A stretch of 46,937 bases of DNA, from the NCBI GenBank assembly GCA_001655205.1, contig LPNZ01011412.1, positions 1-46,937 on the forward strand, in the 5' to 3' direction. Both the position numbers and the translations under genes were made by a program. Of this stretch, positions 36,414 to 46,937 are shown one piece after another. Below the pieces are notes generated by a model. That model saw nothing but the letters and a program-made list of their open reading frames with translations, was not told where the DNA came from and made no database searches. Within the stretch, counting starts at the first letter, position 1. Each line of letters opens with the position of its first letter. The stretch comes from Lenisia limosa. Taxonomy: Eukaryota; Protista; Breviatea.

Positions 36414-38973
36414 ATGCTTAGCCGTACACTCACAGCCATGTTGTGAGATTGAAAAGATGCATCTTTGCACTAACCTCACAGGACACTTGCAACATTCCGC
36501 AGGAACAATGCAGTTAGCCATGGCCTTGCCATCCTCTTTGACACACAGGTTGGCCTGGATTCTTGGGTTGTTAAGTGTCTTATCAGGGGCAGCAGGGCTC
36601 CTGTTCATTTTGCCTAGAAGTCCCCCTCCCACTCATCACTATAGGCCTCTGGATTCACGCATCTCCTGTTCTACCTCATGTTGTTCACCATCTTGTTTCT
36701 AACAACTCGCGACGAATTCGAAGAGAGAACGTACATATACGGAGCTGTGTGGGGTATGTGCGCCCTACTCACTGTGGTTCTGGCATTGGTTGGGGGTGAT
36801 GTGGATAATTGAATTGGCGGCTCATTAGATGACGATGGTCACTCTTCAGTTTGGCCATGCAAAATTCGGACCAATAAACCGAGCTGCTGCACAATTGACA
36901 AGCATATGTCAGCGAGACCTTTCAGCTCAGATATTGGTAAGCTTATGTGGATTGAAGCGATTCCCCCCCACCCCCCCTCACCATTGAATGATTATTATAG
37001 ATGCAGTTGTTAGGCGAATGGTTGGAAAATTGGCATTTTTATCTGAACACGATGGACCTATTATTCATAATCATATTAATTATTTTTTTTTACTTCAAGG
37101 ATCGAATCACTTCATGGGACCTCAAGGCCGTTTTACCTTGGTTCTCTTCTTCCGTGAGTGGGATTAATGATTAATAGTTACCTTCATGTTGCTCTGCCCT
37201 CTACTCACATTCTCTGGTAATTACTAATACCACAATGGTGCTTTGCTATATTTGAGTCCCCAAACGCAAATGTTATATTAAAGACCTTCAAATGTATTCA
37301 ATCGATTTGTTTCTCAAAAAGCAATTGCTAAGATTACGGTCTCGCTATGTTGCAATACGGAAGAAACCAAAAAAAACACTAATTATAATAGAGAATAACT
37401 ATAAAAGAAGAGTATTATACACCTAGAGAGGTCAAAGAAATCTCACGAAACAATACCAGGTTTTAAATGGCATCAACTGACCTATTATGCCTGCTTGTTT
37501 ACTCATTCTTGTAGTATGTCAGTCTTATGATTGCTCGGGTTGTTGCGATGTTCGGTGTTTGTTCAACAGTCGCGACTATTGGCTATGAAACCGACTACTC
37601 TTGCACGATGATGCTTGTCAATTCGCTCTTGGCAAGTGAGTCTCTTCCAATCTAGATTATCCTTGAGATCCCCTATGGTCCAACAAAGACCGGCCAAATA
37701 TGGATGCATATTGATGATAGATATCTTGAACATTCGATGACACGACTCATCCTTGCAGCAAGTTTTTCTTCAATCTCTGCAAAGGCGTCTATGATCAATG
37801 AGTCTATTCTTTGGTTTTGTTTCATTTTCATCAGCATTGTCGGGTTTAACACTTATCACCTGTATGCGGGTTTTCTTCTTATTGTTACTCCAATGTTATG
37901 TTTTAATGATTCTTTAGTATCCCGGTTTTCATAGGTATCGCCTGCATTATTATGATCACTATTGTATACGGCAAAAAAGAACAGCTCCGAGTGGTATGTT
38001 TGGCAATGTACTCGACACGTTAATACTATTTCATCAAATAGAGAAGAATCAAGCTCCAGTACAAGCTTCAGTCGGAAAATGAAAAAATGGGTTGGTATTG
38101 TTGTTTTGTTTTTACTTTTCAGAGCACCTGATCAATAATATTTTACCGAAGCATGTTTTGCACATTTTGAGGATGGTATCTTATCTGGCCATTCTTCTAA
38201 TTGGACATTTTAGGGCGCGATGTCTGCAGGGTCCAAACCGGAGTCTTTTGACAACATTACCATTCTTTTTTTGAACGTAGGTTGTATGTTGATGTTGCAG
38301 TTTTTACAGATCAGTTAAATCTTCTCAAACATCTGTCAGCTGCACACGGGCCAACAAAAGTATGCTGTGTAATGACTATTGTAGATCCATATTTTTATTT
38401 AATGCATTAGATTGTCAAACAAATATCTGACATTAGTGTTGTTGTTGACAAAGTCGTGACACAGATGAGCCTGTGAGCCAGAAGTGTTTAAACACGATCT
38501 TCTTGACTGACTTTTCAGGTACAAAGTTGAGCAAGTCAGCGAGACGATTATCATTATCGGCGGCCTTCCGTTAAGTGCAAATGAACACCACAAGAAAGCA
38601 GTTGTTTGCTCTATTGCTAGAGAATTTAACTCACCCCTACAGAGTTGCAACAATGATGCAGTTTCTGTTGATGGCGCTCTCAAAACTCTGCAGGCAGCAG
38701 CCGTCCTTCAATATGACTTCAAAATTAAGAAAGTTGGAACCTTTGTTGTTAAGTAAAGCTAACTGTGTAGGCAGTGGAGCTTTGTATTGGGATCCACTCA
38801 GGTCCTGTGGTAGCAGGAATCTTAGGTTGGATCAACGTTATCCCTCATTCTGACTACTGTCAGGCAATTCAACTCTTCACTGGGGAGTGGTGGGTTCTAC
38901 CATCAATGTTGCAAGCCGCTTCTGCACTGCGACCGCTACTGCTAGTTCTACAGTGGGCTCAGCGACATCTTGA
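36414..38973 (+). CDS. membrane nucleotidyl cyclase part A: TM segments plus a C2-type class III domain, guanylyl-type specificity
   Basis: Hydrophobic exons, then EHLINNILPKHV, PESFDNITILF, YKVEQVSETIIIIGGLP and CIGIHSGPVVAGILGNSTLHWGVVGSTINVASRF. Start approximate. May be continuous with part B. Confidence 0.85.
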
Positions 38974-39030
38974 AACTAACCGGGTACATATCATATCATA
39001 TTATATAGAATAATAGTAATAATAGTAAAT

Positions 39031-42000
39031 ATGACTTCTGTAGAACCTCCATCAAGCGCCTTCGACCGAGTTTACACCCACTTTATCAGACCTTGGACTT
39101 CTTCACTCAGTTTCCGATCTAAACGACAACATCGCGGATTTTACCACTCCAATCGTACCTCAACGTAAGCCTATTACCAATGACATCTGAATTTGTACTT
39201 TGTAGTCTCATAATAGTGCGGATTAATGTAATTATCGGAACTCCAACTCATTATTCCTCAGGAACTTTAATGGAAGAACTTCTTTTACCTGGTACCCCCA
39301 CTGATGTAGGTTAACCACACCCTTGCTTGCCATTTGCCTCGTCATCTATGGTATGCCTTATTATGATCATAGTCGTCATCAGCTGCCACATCATTGAGAA
39401 CCATTTCATTGGCGAATGTTAATGCAGTGAGCTGAGTTGTTTCTTGTTAATTATTGGATATGTTCAAATGATCATCATGTATCAGAAATTTTGTGTGGGA
39501 AGAGTATTTGCACTGCCTTCGGCTTGCTTTGCCAACCAAGATTGATTATTCCAGACGACCTACTCTCGAGTGCAAATCAGCGCCACCACAGCCAACCTTC
39601 TGCAAATGTCGTCCTACATAGTGGCTACTGGTTGGTCCCTCTAGGTGTTTACTCTTTAGGTACAAAAACGGCAAATGGCATCAGTACTACTCTCACCTGT
39701 CCTACTCAAGTTGGTCGATATTGCCATGTGGTTGGAATAAATATCTTAGAGATGGTGTGTCAAAACATGCGGGCATTTAGCTGCCAAAGGCATTGAGTCG
39801 CAGGTGGGGGTTGTGGGCTGTTGTGGCTTATGAATTTTGCCTAATATGTTAGGATGTTTGGGCGCTTCAAGATATGCCTGGATTTACATCGACGTTCAAG
39901 ATGCTTGCCGAAACCGAGAACAATGAAGCAGAAGTCAATTCGGGTGGGAGGGTGCTGAAATACATTTGTGATACTTACTGGTCCTTTTACATTGGCATGG
40001 TTAAGTACATGGGTCAAAATGACCGAATAGATGAAGAAGATGCATTCAGTGAAGCGGAGTATGATGCGAGTGACTCGGACAACGAAAACATATCCGATGT
40101 ACAAAGCATGTCCCAACTACTCAACGCGTCTTCAAGTTTTATGGTGGGCGTTGCCCTATTCCCCTATTGATGTTCTAAAGATATGTCAGCTTATTAACTT
40201 CTGACAGGACAAAATATCAGAAAAAGGAGAGTCAACAACACGGTCAATGACACACTCGGCCAGTTTGAGCACCAGTTTGAAAGACTCGCACTCGCTAACT
40301 TCTATCAAAGTGGGTTCTATCTGCAACTCACATTTGACATGGCATCATGTCATACTTCAGGTTTCCAAGTTTGGCAATTCTTTCAGGTGCGAATCGCCGC
40401 GTTCAAAGTGGGCAGAAAGTCTTTCTTGATAGTCACTGCTTCTAATCTTCAAATGATAACCACCTTCAGGAGCTCCTTGGTTGCCTCATCGCTCTCGCCA
40501 AGGTCTCCAGGGTCAAAACCAAGGTCCAGTGCTCGAAGTATTACGTAAGCGTCTCACTTTAATCATTGCTTTGTTGACTTCGAAGGGATCACACCCCTCG
40601 AGTGAAGTCCAAAATGAACCATTCCAGCCCCTTGCTCTCTCCAGCCCGGTCAAAACCTATCGTTGAAGAAATCACGGTTTGTCTTTCACTTCCTTTTTTC
40701 TCTTTTTCTATAATATTATACTCTGTTCATTTTTGACCTTATTTGTGCAGAGTACCAGAAGTTTCAAGAAGGAATCTTCACAAGCGATCGAGTGGAAGAA
40801 ACTGAAATCCAACGTCTGCTCCATGATAATGACATTCTTTCTCACTTGGGTTCGTGACAGTTTAGGAGGTCAAATATGAAGCGAGGTGCATTGAGGACCT
40901 CTTCTATCTCTCTTACCATCATGAAAACTTTGTAGGATTAAAGTGATGTTGGGAGTGGTTGTTACAATTTAGGACATTGAAAGAGCAGTGGGTATCACTG
41001 TGTTCTTCGTTCGCTTTTGGTACACTATTATGAAAATCACCACTCAAGCATATGTAAGCAATTACAATCTTTCTTCGTTTATCTTGATGTGACACCCAAG
41101 GTACGAGCGAAAATCGGAATTTTCACGAACCTTGTGGCTATTGCTCATGTTATCATTTATGAGCGCCGTTCTTCGTCAGAGTGAGCTGTCATGTCTCCTG
41201 TGGGTTACTCACATGATCCCTTTAGAAAGACCAGAATGATGATAACCAATCTTCTATTTTTGGGTCTTCTTGTAGACGCAGTGATTTTGCCCTTTGAGGT
41301 TCGTTGTGCTTTCTCATGAGCCGTCTTTACCGTTCTAGCTACGGGATGATCCTTCGTTCTTGGCCTACACCATGCCATGTGTTTTTGGTGTACTGTTCTT
41401 TATCACCAGAATCAGAATATTCAAAAAGTGAGCAACTTGAAGTCACACTAGCGCTCACCCTTCAGGGTGGCTATGGCCTTTGTCGCTATTCTTGCCCAGG
41501 TTTTTGTTCTCATCCAAGATGGGGACGTCGCCAATTCCGACATTATTATCCGAAGCATGTTCACCATACCAGTTGGTCTATGATGGCGATCTGGGGTTGT
41601 AATGAACCGGGCCTGGTTTGGATCTTATTCTTTTAGATCGTCCTCAGCGGTATTCACATTTCAATGCGCGTTGAGCGTCAGGCGAGAAAGCTGTTTATTG
41701 AAAGAGTTGGGGGGGGGGGGGAATTNNNNNNNNNNNNNNNNNNNNNNNNNNNNNNNNNNNNNNNNNNNNNNNNNNNNNNNNNNNNNNNNNNNNNNTGAAT
41801 GGCACTTGTAACATTTTAGTTTTCCCTTCGAACCAAAAGACAAAAAACAAGAAGTAAGTGAACACCTCCTTGTTGCCAAGTGTTTGGAGTTGACTAATCA
41901 ATAGAGTTTCTATGCCGGCTTATTCCATCATTTGTGGTATCCCAAGTCATCAAAACCCGAAATGTAGTTGCCGACCTCCCAAACAACATCGCAATGGTCC

Positions 42001-43137
42001 AAGTTAGACGGGTGTTCAATCTTGTAGCTTGTCAAGACCACAAGTGATAACTCATTCTTTAGACGGACATTGTAGAATTCACCAGAATGTCACGAAATAT
42101 TCAACCCAGGGAACTTTTCCAGTGAGTTGATAGCCTGTGTAACGTCATGTCCCTCTTGCTCACATTGTTCAGAATTCTCAATGACCTCTTTATTGCTTTT
42201 GACATTTCCGCCAAAAAGAAAGGTGAGCACAGAGCTTAAGTGTCTCACAACCTAGGTGTATATCGCATCTACACTGTTGGTGATGCCTGGGTGGTATGAG
42301 GGTGGCAGTCGATTCTGTCTTTGGTACTTTTTTATGATCCCTTCAGGGCGTCTCAGGTATTCCTGATACATCCGTGACTCCTGCACTTTCGTCGCTGAGC
42401 TCAGCCCTCGACTTCATCAACTCCACCGCGGATATCACTCACGTACGCGGATATCACTCACGTACTGTAACACAAATATAATATCTATGATATCATTCTG
42501 TGGTATTCGGATAAGTGACGCTGTAGAAGCTTGATGTTAACTTCGATATTCGTATTGGTGTGAGTTATGCATCAGCCGTTGCCGGAGTTGTCGGAACAAT
42601 ACGACCAAGGTTTCTTGTGGTGGGTATACCACATTAAGACTGAAGTTTATTTCTTAATCAGTGCACTTCCGTAAACTGTTCTTACTTTTAGTGGGGTAAC
42701 GCACCTGAAGAAGTTGACAGTCTCGAGCAGGCGGCTGCCAATGGTTCTGTTTTGAGTGGGTTTTGGGTGTTGGTATCGCATATAAACCGAGGCTTATTCC
42801 GCAGTTGCACAGAGCACGTTAGAAGCCATTATCAGCAAGGAGGCGTTCGAAGCTGACAATGTTGGACATGGGCTACTCAAAATTGCAGCGAAACGTTTGA
42901 TCAGGAACTGACATTGTAGAACGATCTCAACAATTCCTCCAGCGTTACTGTGATAATCCCAAATCGAAGCGTCACTTTCAACCGTGTCATTTCATCTGGT
43001 ACGAAGCTAAGTGGATATTTTGACCTTCAGATGGACCAATGGCACAAATCATTTCAGCCTCCGGTCGCGTGTACCGACCGGAGAAGTTGAGTAAGGCCGA
43101 AGCCAAGTGCAGCACCGTGTGGGAGGCGGCTGTTTAG
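39031..43137 (+). CDS. membrane nucleotidyl cyclase part B: TM segments, acidic/Ser-rich loop and a C1-type class III domain
   Basis: MRVERQARKLFIER|FSLRTKRQKTRKFLCRLIPSFV...NIAMVQ|TDIVEFTRMSRNIQPRELFQ|ILNDLFIAFD, GVYRIYTVGDAWV, FDIRIGVSYASAVAGVVGTIRPRFLV|WGNAPEEVDSLE; stop at 43135-43137. N-terminal exons only partly resolved. Confidence 0.85.
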
Positions 43138-43344
43138 GAATTGTTTACTGTTCTATTATTCCATGTTCTATTATTCCATTGTTTATTTTTTTTCATAGGT
43201 GTTTTGTTTTTCCATTGATAGGTATTGCAGGTTGTGAATTGAATACATTTGGGATGTGTCACTACCAGAATGGTTGTACCACACCAACCCTAATTCGGAA
43301 TAGCCTTCGTCACATGTCTGAAAGAACTGAAGAAATAAATAAAA

Positions 43345-45499
43345 TCACATGGCCTTGGCCTTTGCGATGGCAGTCGCAAGTCTTTTGGTGCTTTCAGCCA
43401 GCTCATCCTCATTGTACCACGAAAAGGCCAGACGCATATGCCGACCATGCTTGTCTTTTTTGGGTGTGAAGAGAGGACCAGGGCTAAACATTTAGATATT
43501 TGTGGTGGCTTACATGAAGGAAACGCCCTCTTCTTGAGCAATGGGCAAAAACGTGTCAACAGTGAGGCCCTGAGGGAGCTCGGCCCAAACAAAGTATCCG
43601 CCTGTGAAAGTCAAAAAAGAACTGTTGCAAAACAACAACTTAGTCAAAAGCCGAGTATTAATCAGCCCACCTTCCGGCTTGGTAAATGAGACACTTGGAC
43701 AGTTGTCAGTAAGGCCTTTGCAAAGTGCTTCACACCTTGAACCGAGGCTGGTTCGAACCTACAGTGCAAATTGGTAACAACTCCCTCACAAATTTCGCTT
43801 CATGGAACACCTACCAGGTCCATGTATTGGTCAAGTTCTCCTCGTTTGATGATTCCCGTCACAATTCCTGAAGTATTACACAGACAACGATAATGGAAAT
43901 GGGGAAAAGCAAGACCATGACCGCGAACCTGATGTGAACGTATTCATGCCTCCAGCGCTGTTGAGAACCATGGCCTTGGACAACTTCTCAGCCATTTCAG
44001 TGCTTCCCTCAATCCAGCCAAGACGCAGACCGGGTGCAAGAATCTTCGAGAAGGACCCCAAACTAACAACACTACCACTCTTAAACTCCCCTTGACCGAA
44101 GGAGCCTGGGAAATGAAGGAATGCGTATTGAGAGACCAACCGATCATCTCATCATAGCGCACGAGGGGGGGCTTGGACTTTCCCTTGAACTGTAGCATTT
44201 GGTACACATCATCACAAATAATTGCAAAGTCTGACTTACGCGAGATACGCTAATGAGTCAAATTAAACAAAGAAATCAAAGATGAAAGAGCGATAGCAAA
44301 CCACAAGCGCTTCCCTTTTGTTTTCGGCCAAATTTGTTGCTGATGGGTTACTGAGAAGTTAGCTTGGAAAAGAGATGCCGATTACAAGGCCATTTGTAGA
44401 GACATTTGATATTCCGAGTTCCTACCTGTGGTCAGTGATGGCATATAGGAAACGAGGGGAATAGTCTTTCAGCTTCAAGTTCAGATCATCAAGATCGATT
44501 CCTGAATGTCAATTCACATGGTTGCTTGAATCCAACCGTTTTCAGTAGATCTGATTGGGACAATGTTCAAACCATGGTCTTTGAGCACGCCAAGACCTGA
44601 GTCATTAGTGCTGAACGCAATCAGTCAATTAGCCCACCAAGGTGGTAAATGGGGTCTTCGACAAAAACTGTGTCACCGGCTTTACTCAGCATCTACATAA
44701 ACGTCAATAACAGCAACAAATGCGTCTCATCTTAATCCAAAAAGACAGAATTTCTCTCTCAATTGAATTGTATCCTTTTCTTGACAAGGAATCCACCCCC
44801 ACGACAAATACAATTATTTAGAAACAATAGTAGAGTCCATTTATCCACAGCCCCTTGTTTCTCAGTTTACCAAAAACCTTTTCAAAGTCCGTACACGCTT
44901 ACGTTCATGGACTAAAAAGTGACAAAAACGAGAAAAATAACAAAATTTTACAACAATGGACCCACAAGATACAGGCCGTAGGAGCTGCCGTTTGTGGTGA
45001 TGAAGTTCTGAGCAGTGTGTTCAGATTTTTCCATTCCTGAATATAGTAATCCCCAATGCATTCATATTTTGCTTCATTTCGGTCCATCACAGACCGCTGC
45101 AATTTCGATAATTATGGCTGATTCGTCAAGACATTCGGTCTAATTCAGAAGAAAAGCCCACGTACCATGAGGCAAGGCGTATTGCCGCGATGTCAGCTCG
45201 AGTAACTGCTCGCGGAATGGACGTCTTCCTTTTTCCGAACCATAGTGAAGCATTCCTACTGCGTTATTTTGACATTCACAGAATTGTTTATTGAATCATG
45301 GCAAGCTGTGCTTTCAACACAATAATTATCCAATTCACCCCCCCCCCCCNNNNNNNNNNNNNNNNNNNNNNNNNNNNNNNNNNNNNNNNNNNNNNNNNNN
45401 NNNNNNNNNNNNNNNNNNNNNNNNNNNNNNNNNNNNNACATCTCTGGCAGGCAATATGTCACTCGGCTGCCCACGACCAAGGTTCAGCACCTTGTCCAT
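43345..45499 (-). CDS. PLP-dependent class I/II aminotransferase (ARO8/LysN-like)
   Basis: LNLGRGQP, LHYGSEKG, FITTNGSS, VFVEDPIY, ICDDVY, SLGSFSKILAPGLRLGW (PLP-binding Lys) and GGYFVWAELP. A possible extra 5' exon starts at 45615. Confidence 0.92.
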
Positions 45500-45625
45500 T
45501 GTGGCTCCCCTCACCGCCTCCGGAGGGTTACTACAATGTCAGCTTCAAAGTCGGCATAGCACCAGTGTGATAACCAGATTTCTTGTTGTAGGGGGGGATG
45601 ATAAAATGAAGGCATCGTGATACGA

Positions 45626-46900
45626 TTAGACCAACGGATTAAGCATCTGGAACTCCAAAGCCTGAGCAAACTGGTCAATCAACTGGCCTTATTACAGTAA
45701 TATACAATGACCCAGTTCCCCAACCAAGGAAACAAAATGATGAACAATGTGAAACCAGGCACAAAAACACTCCACCCAATAGTATATACTAGAGCGTTTA
45801 TGAACATAGACTCGGCATTGACCCCCCCCCCCNNNNNNNNNNNNNNNNNNNNNNNNNNNNNNNNNNNNNNNNNNNNNNNNNNNNNNNNNNNNNNNNNNNN
45901 NNNNNNNNNNNNNNNNNNNNNNNNNNNNNNNNNNNNNNNNNNNNNNNNNNNNNNNNNNNNNNNNNNNNNNNNNNNNNNNNNNNNNNNNNNNNNNNNNNNN
46001 NNNNNNNTCATCATAGTTTTACCCCAACCTTGGAGTGAAGACAGACATGGCTCTAGAAAGGGTTGGGATAATAGACCTGGAGATTGTACAGAGTCGTGTG
46101 GTGAGCATTCGCTGCGACACGTAAGAAACTTGGTCAAGAATAACAATGAAAAAAGCCCATTGATACCCTACCCACAACGGCTTTCTTGGTAACTGTCAGT
46201 CAAGTGATCCTGTACCGTTTTTTCTTGTCAACTTGTGACCCCTACTGTTTTCTTCTTTCGTACGTATTAATAATCTAATAATTCCCTCCTCTTTGTCTTA
46301 TCTGTCGCGAAACAAAAGGAAAAAACAAAAAGGGGGGGGGGGGCATNNNNNNNNNNNNNNNNNNNNNNNNNNNNNNNNNNNNNNNNNNNNNNNNNNNNNN
46401 NNNNNNNNNNNNNNNNNNNNNNNNNNNNNNNNNNNCTTGAGGCTGGCTTGCAAGAGGTAACCCATTCTTTGCACCTTGCCCCCCGCCCCCCTATCCCTAT
46501 TTTTTATTTTTTTGCGAGCATTGCGGGCGGTTCCCTTTGCAACAAGGAGAAATTGGGAAAGAACAAGAACAAGAAAAAGAAGTGACTCAATCATAACAAT
46601 CATTAGTGTATCAAGATGAAGTCTCTTGAAAGAAAAGCTATTATTCTGGTTTGTGGGTTGATATCCCTTATGGAGGATGTTATTATGGCTACCTTGGAGC
46701 TTAACTTTGAGGTCAAAATAAGATATTGTTGAGAAAAGGCAAAGGGGGTCGTTGAAGGTTGTGGAAAGCTCCTAAATACACTGCCCCTCAAATGAAAGAA
46801 GTGTCAATGGAAGGTGTAATACAATCCCCAATAAGGTATTTGAGTGGTCATTTGATGGCCACATAATTGCCAATAGTATGTCATATCAAAATACTAGATT
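45626..46900 (-). CDS. 3' part of an unknown membrane protein gene spanning two gaps
   Basis: Hydrophobic exon MFINALVYTIGWSVFVPGFTLFIILFPWLG and last exon GQLIDQFAQALEFQMLNPLV*. Confidence 0.4.
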
Positions 46901-46937
46901 GAGTTAAAACACCAATATATCCAATTTCTGACTTCTT

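Noticed and set aside
41800-42220. Minus-strand gene after the gap
   Set aside because: The plus strand encodes the canonical cyclase motifs TDIVEFT and LNDLFIAFD.
3970-46436. Poly-G/poly-C runs flanking many N-gaps as strand-specific splicing enhancers
   Set aside because: They occur on both sense and antisense strands of host genes; the association with gaps is best explained by sequencing dropout.

Overview
Eukaryotic draft-genome scaffold with 12 N-gaps. It is gene-dense and very intron-rich: most introns I could model are about 35-80 nt, GT-AG, with degenerate donors. The protist/amoebozoan-like origin is an inference. The supplied ORF track mostly shows exon fragments or antisense shadows, so gene models here were stitched by hand and their boundaries are approximate. 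Recognisable genes: DTWD1-type tRNA aminocarboxypropyltransferase (-), classical SDR (-), LSM5 (+), PLP-dependent class I/II aminotransferase (-) and a membrane class III nucleotidyl cyclase locus (+, about 36.4-43.1 kb). The cyclase locus has two complementary half-active domains in the inverted, DdGCA/alveolate-like order and may be split into two genes 57 nt apart. There are also a secreted multi-H-type-lectin-like protein, a secreted Sushi-like plus RCC1-like protein and several unknown multi-exon genes. All non-autonomous TIR transposons found sit in introns: a nested hAT/hAT plus Kolobok-like stack, a three-copy TAGGG MITE family, and a 731-bp TIR element with coding-like cargo. No rRNA, tRNA or CRISPR array was supported.
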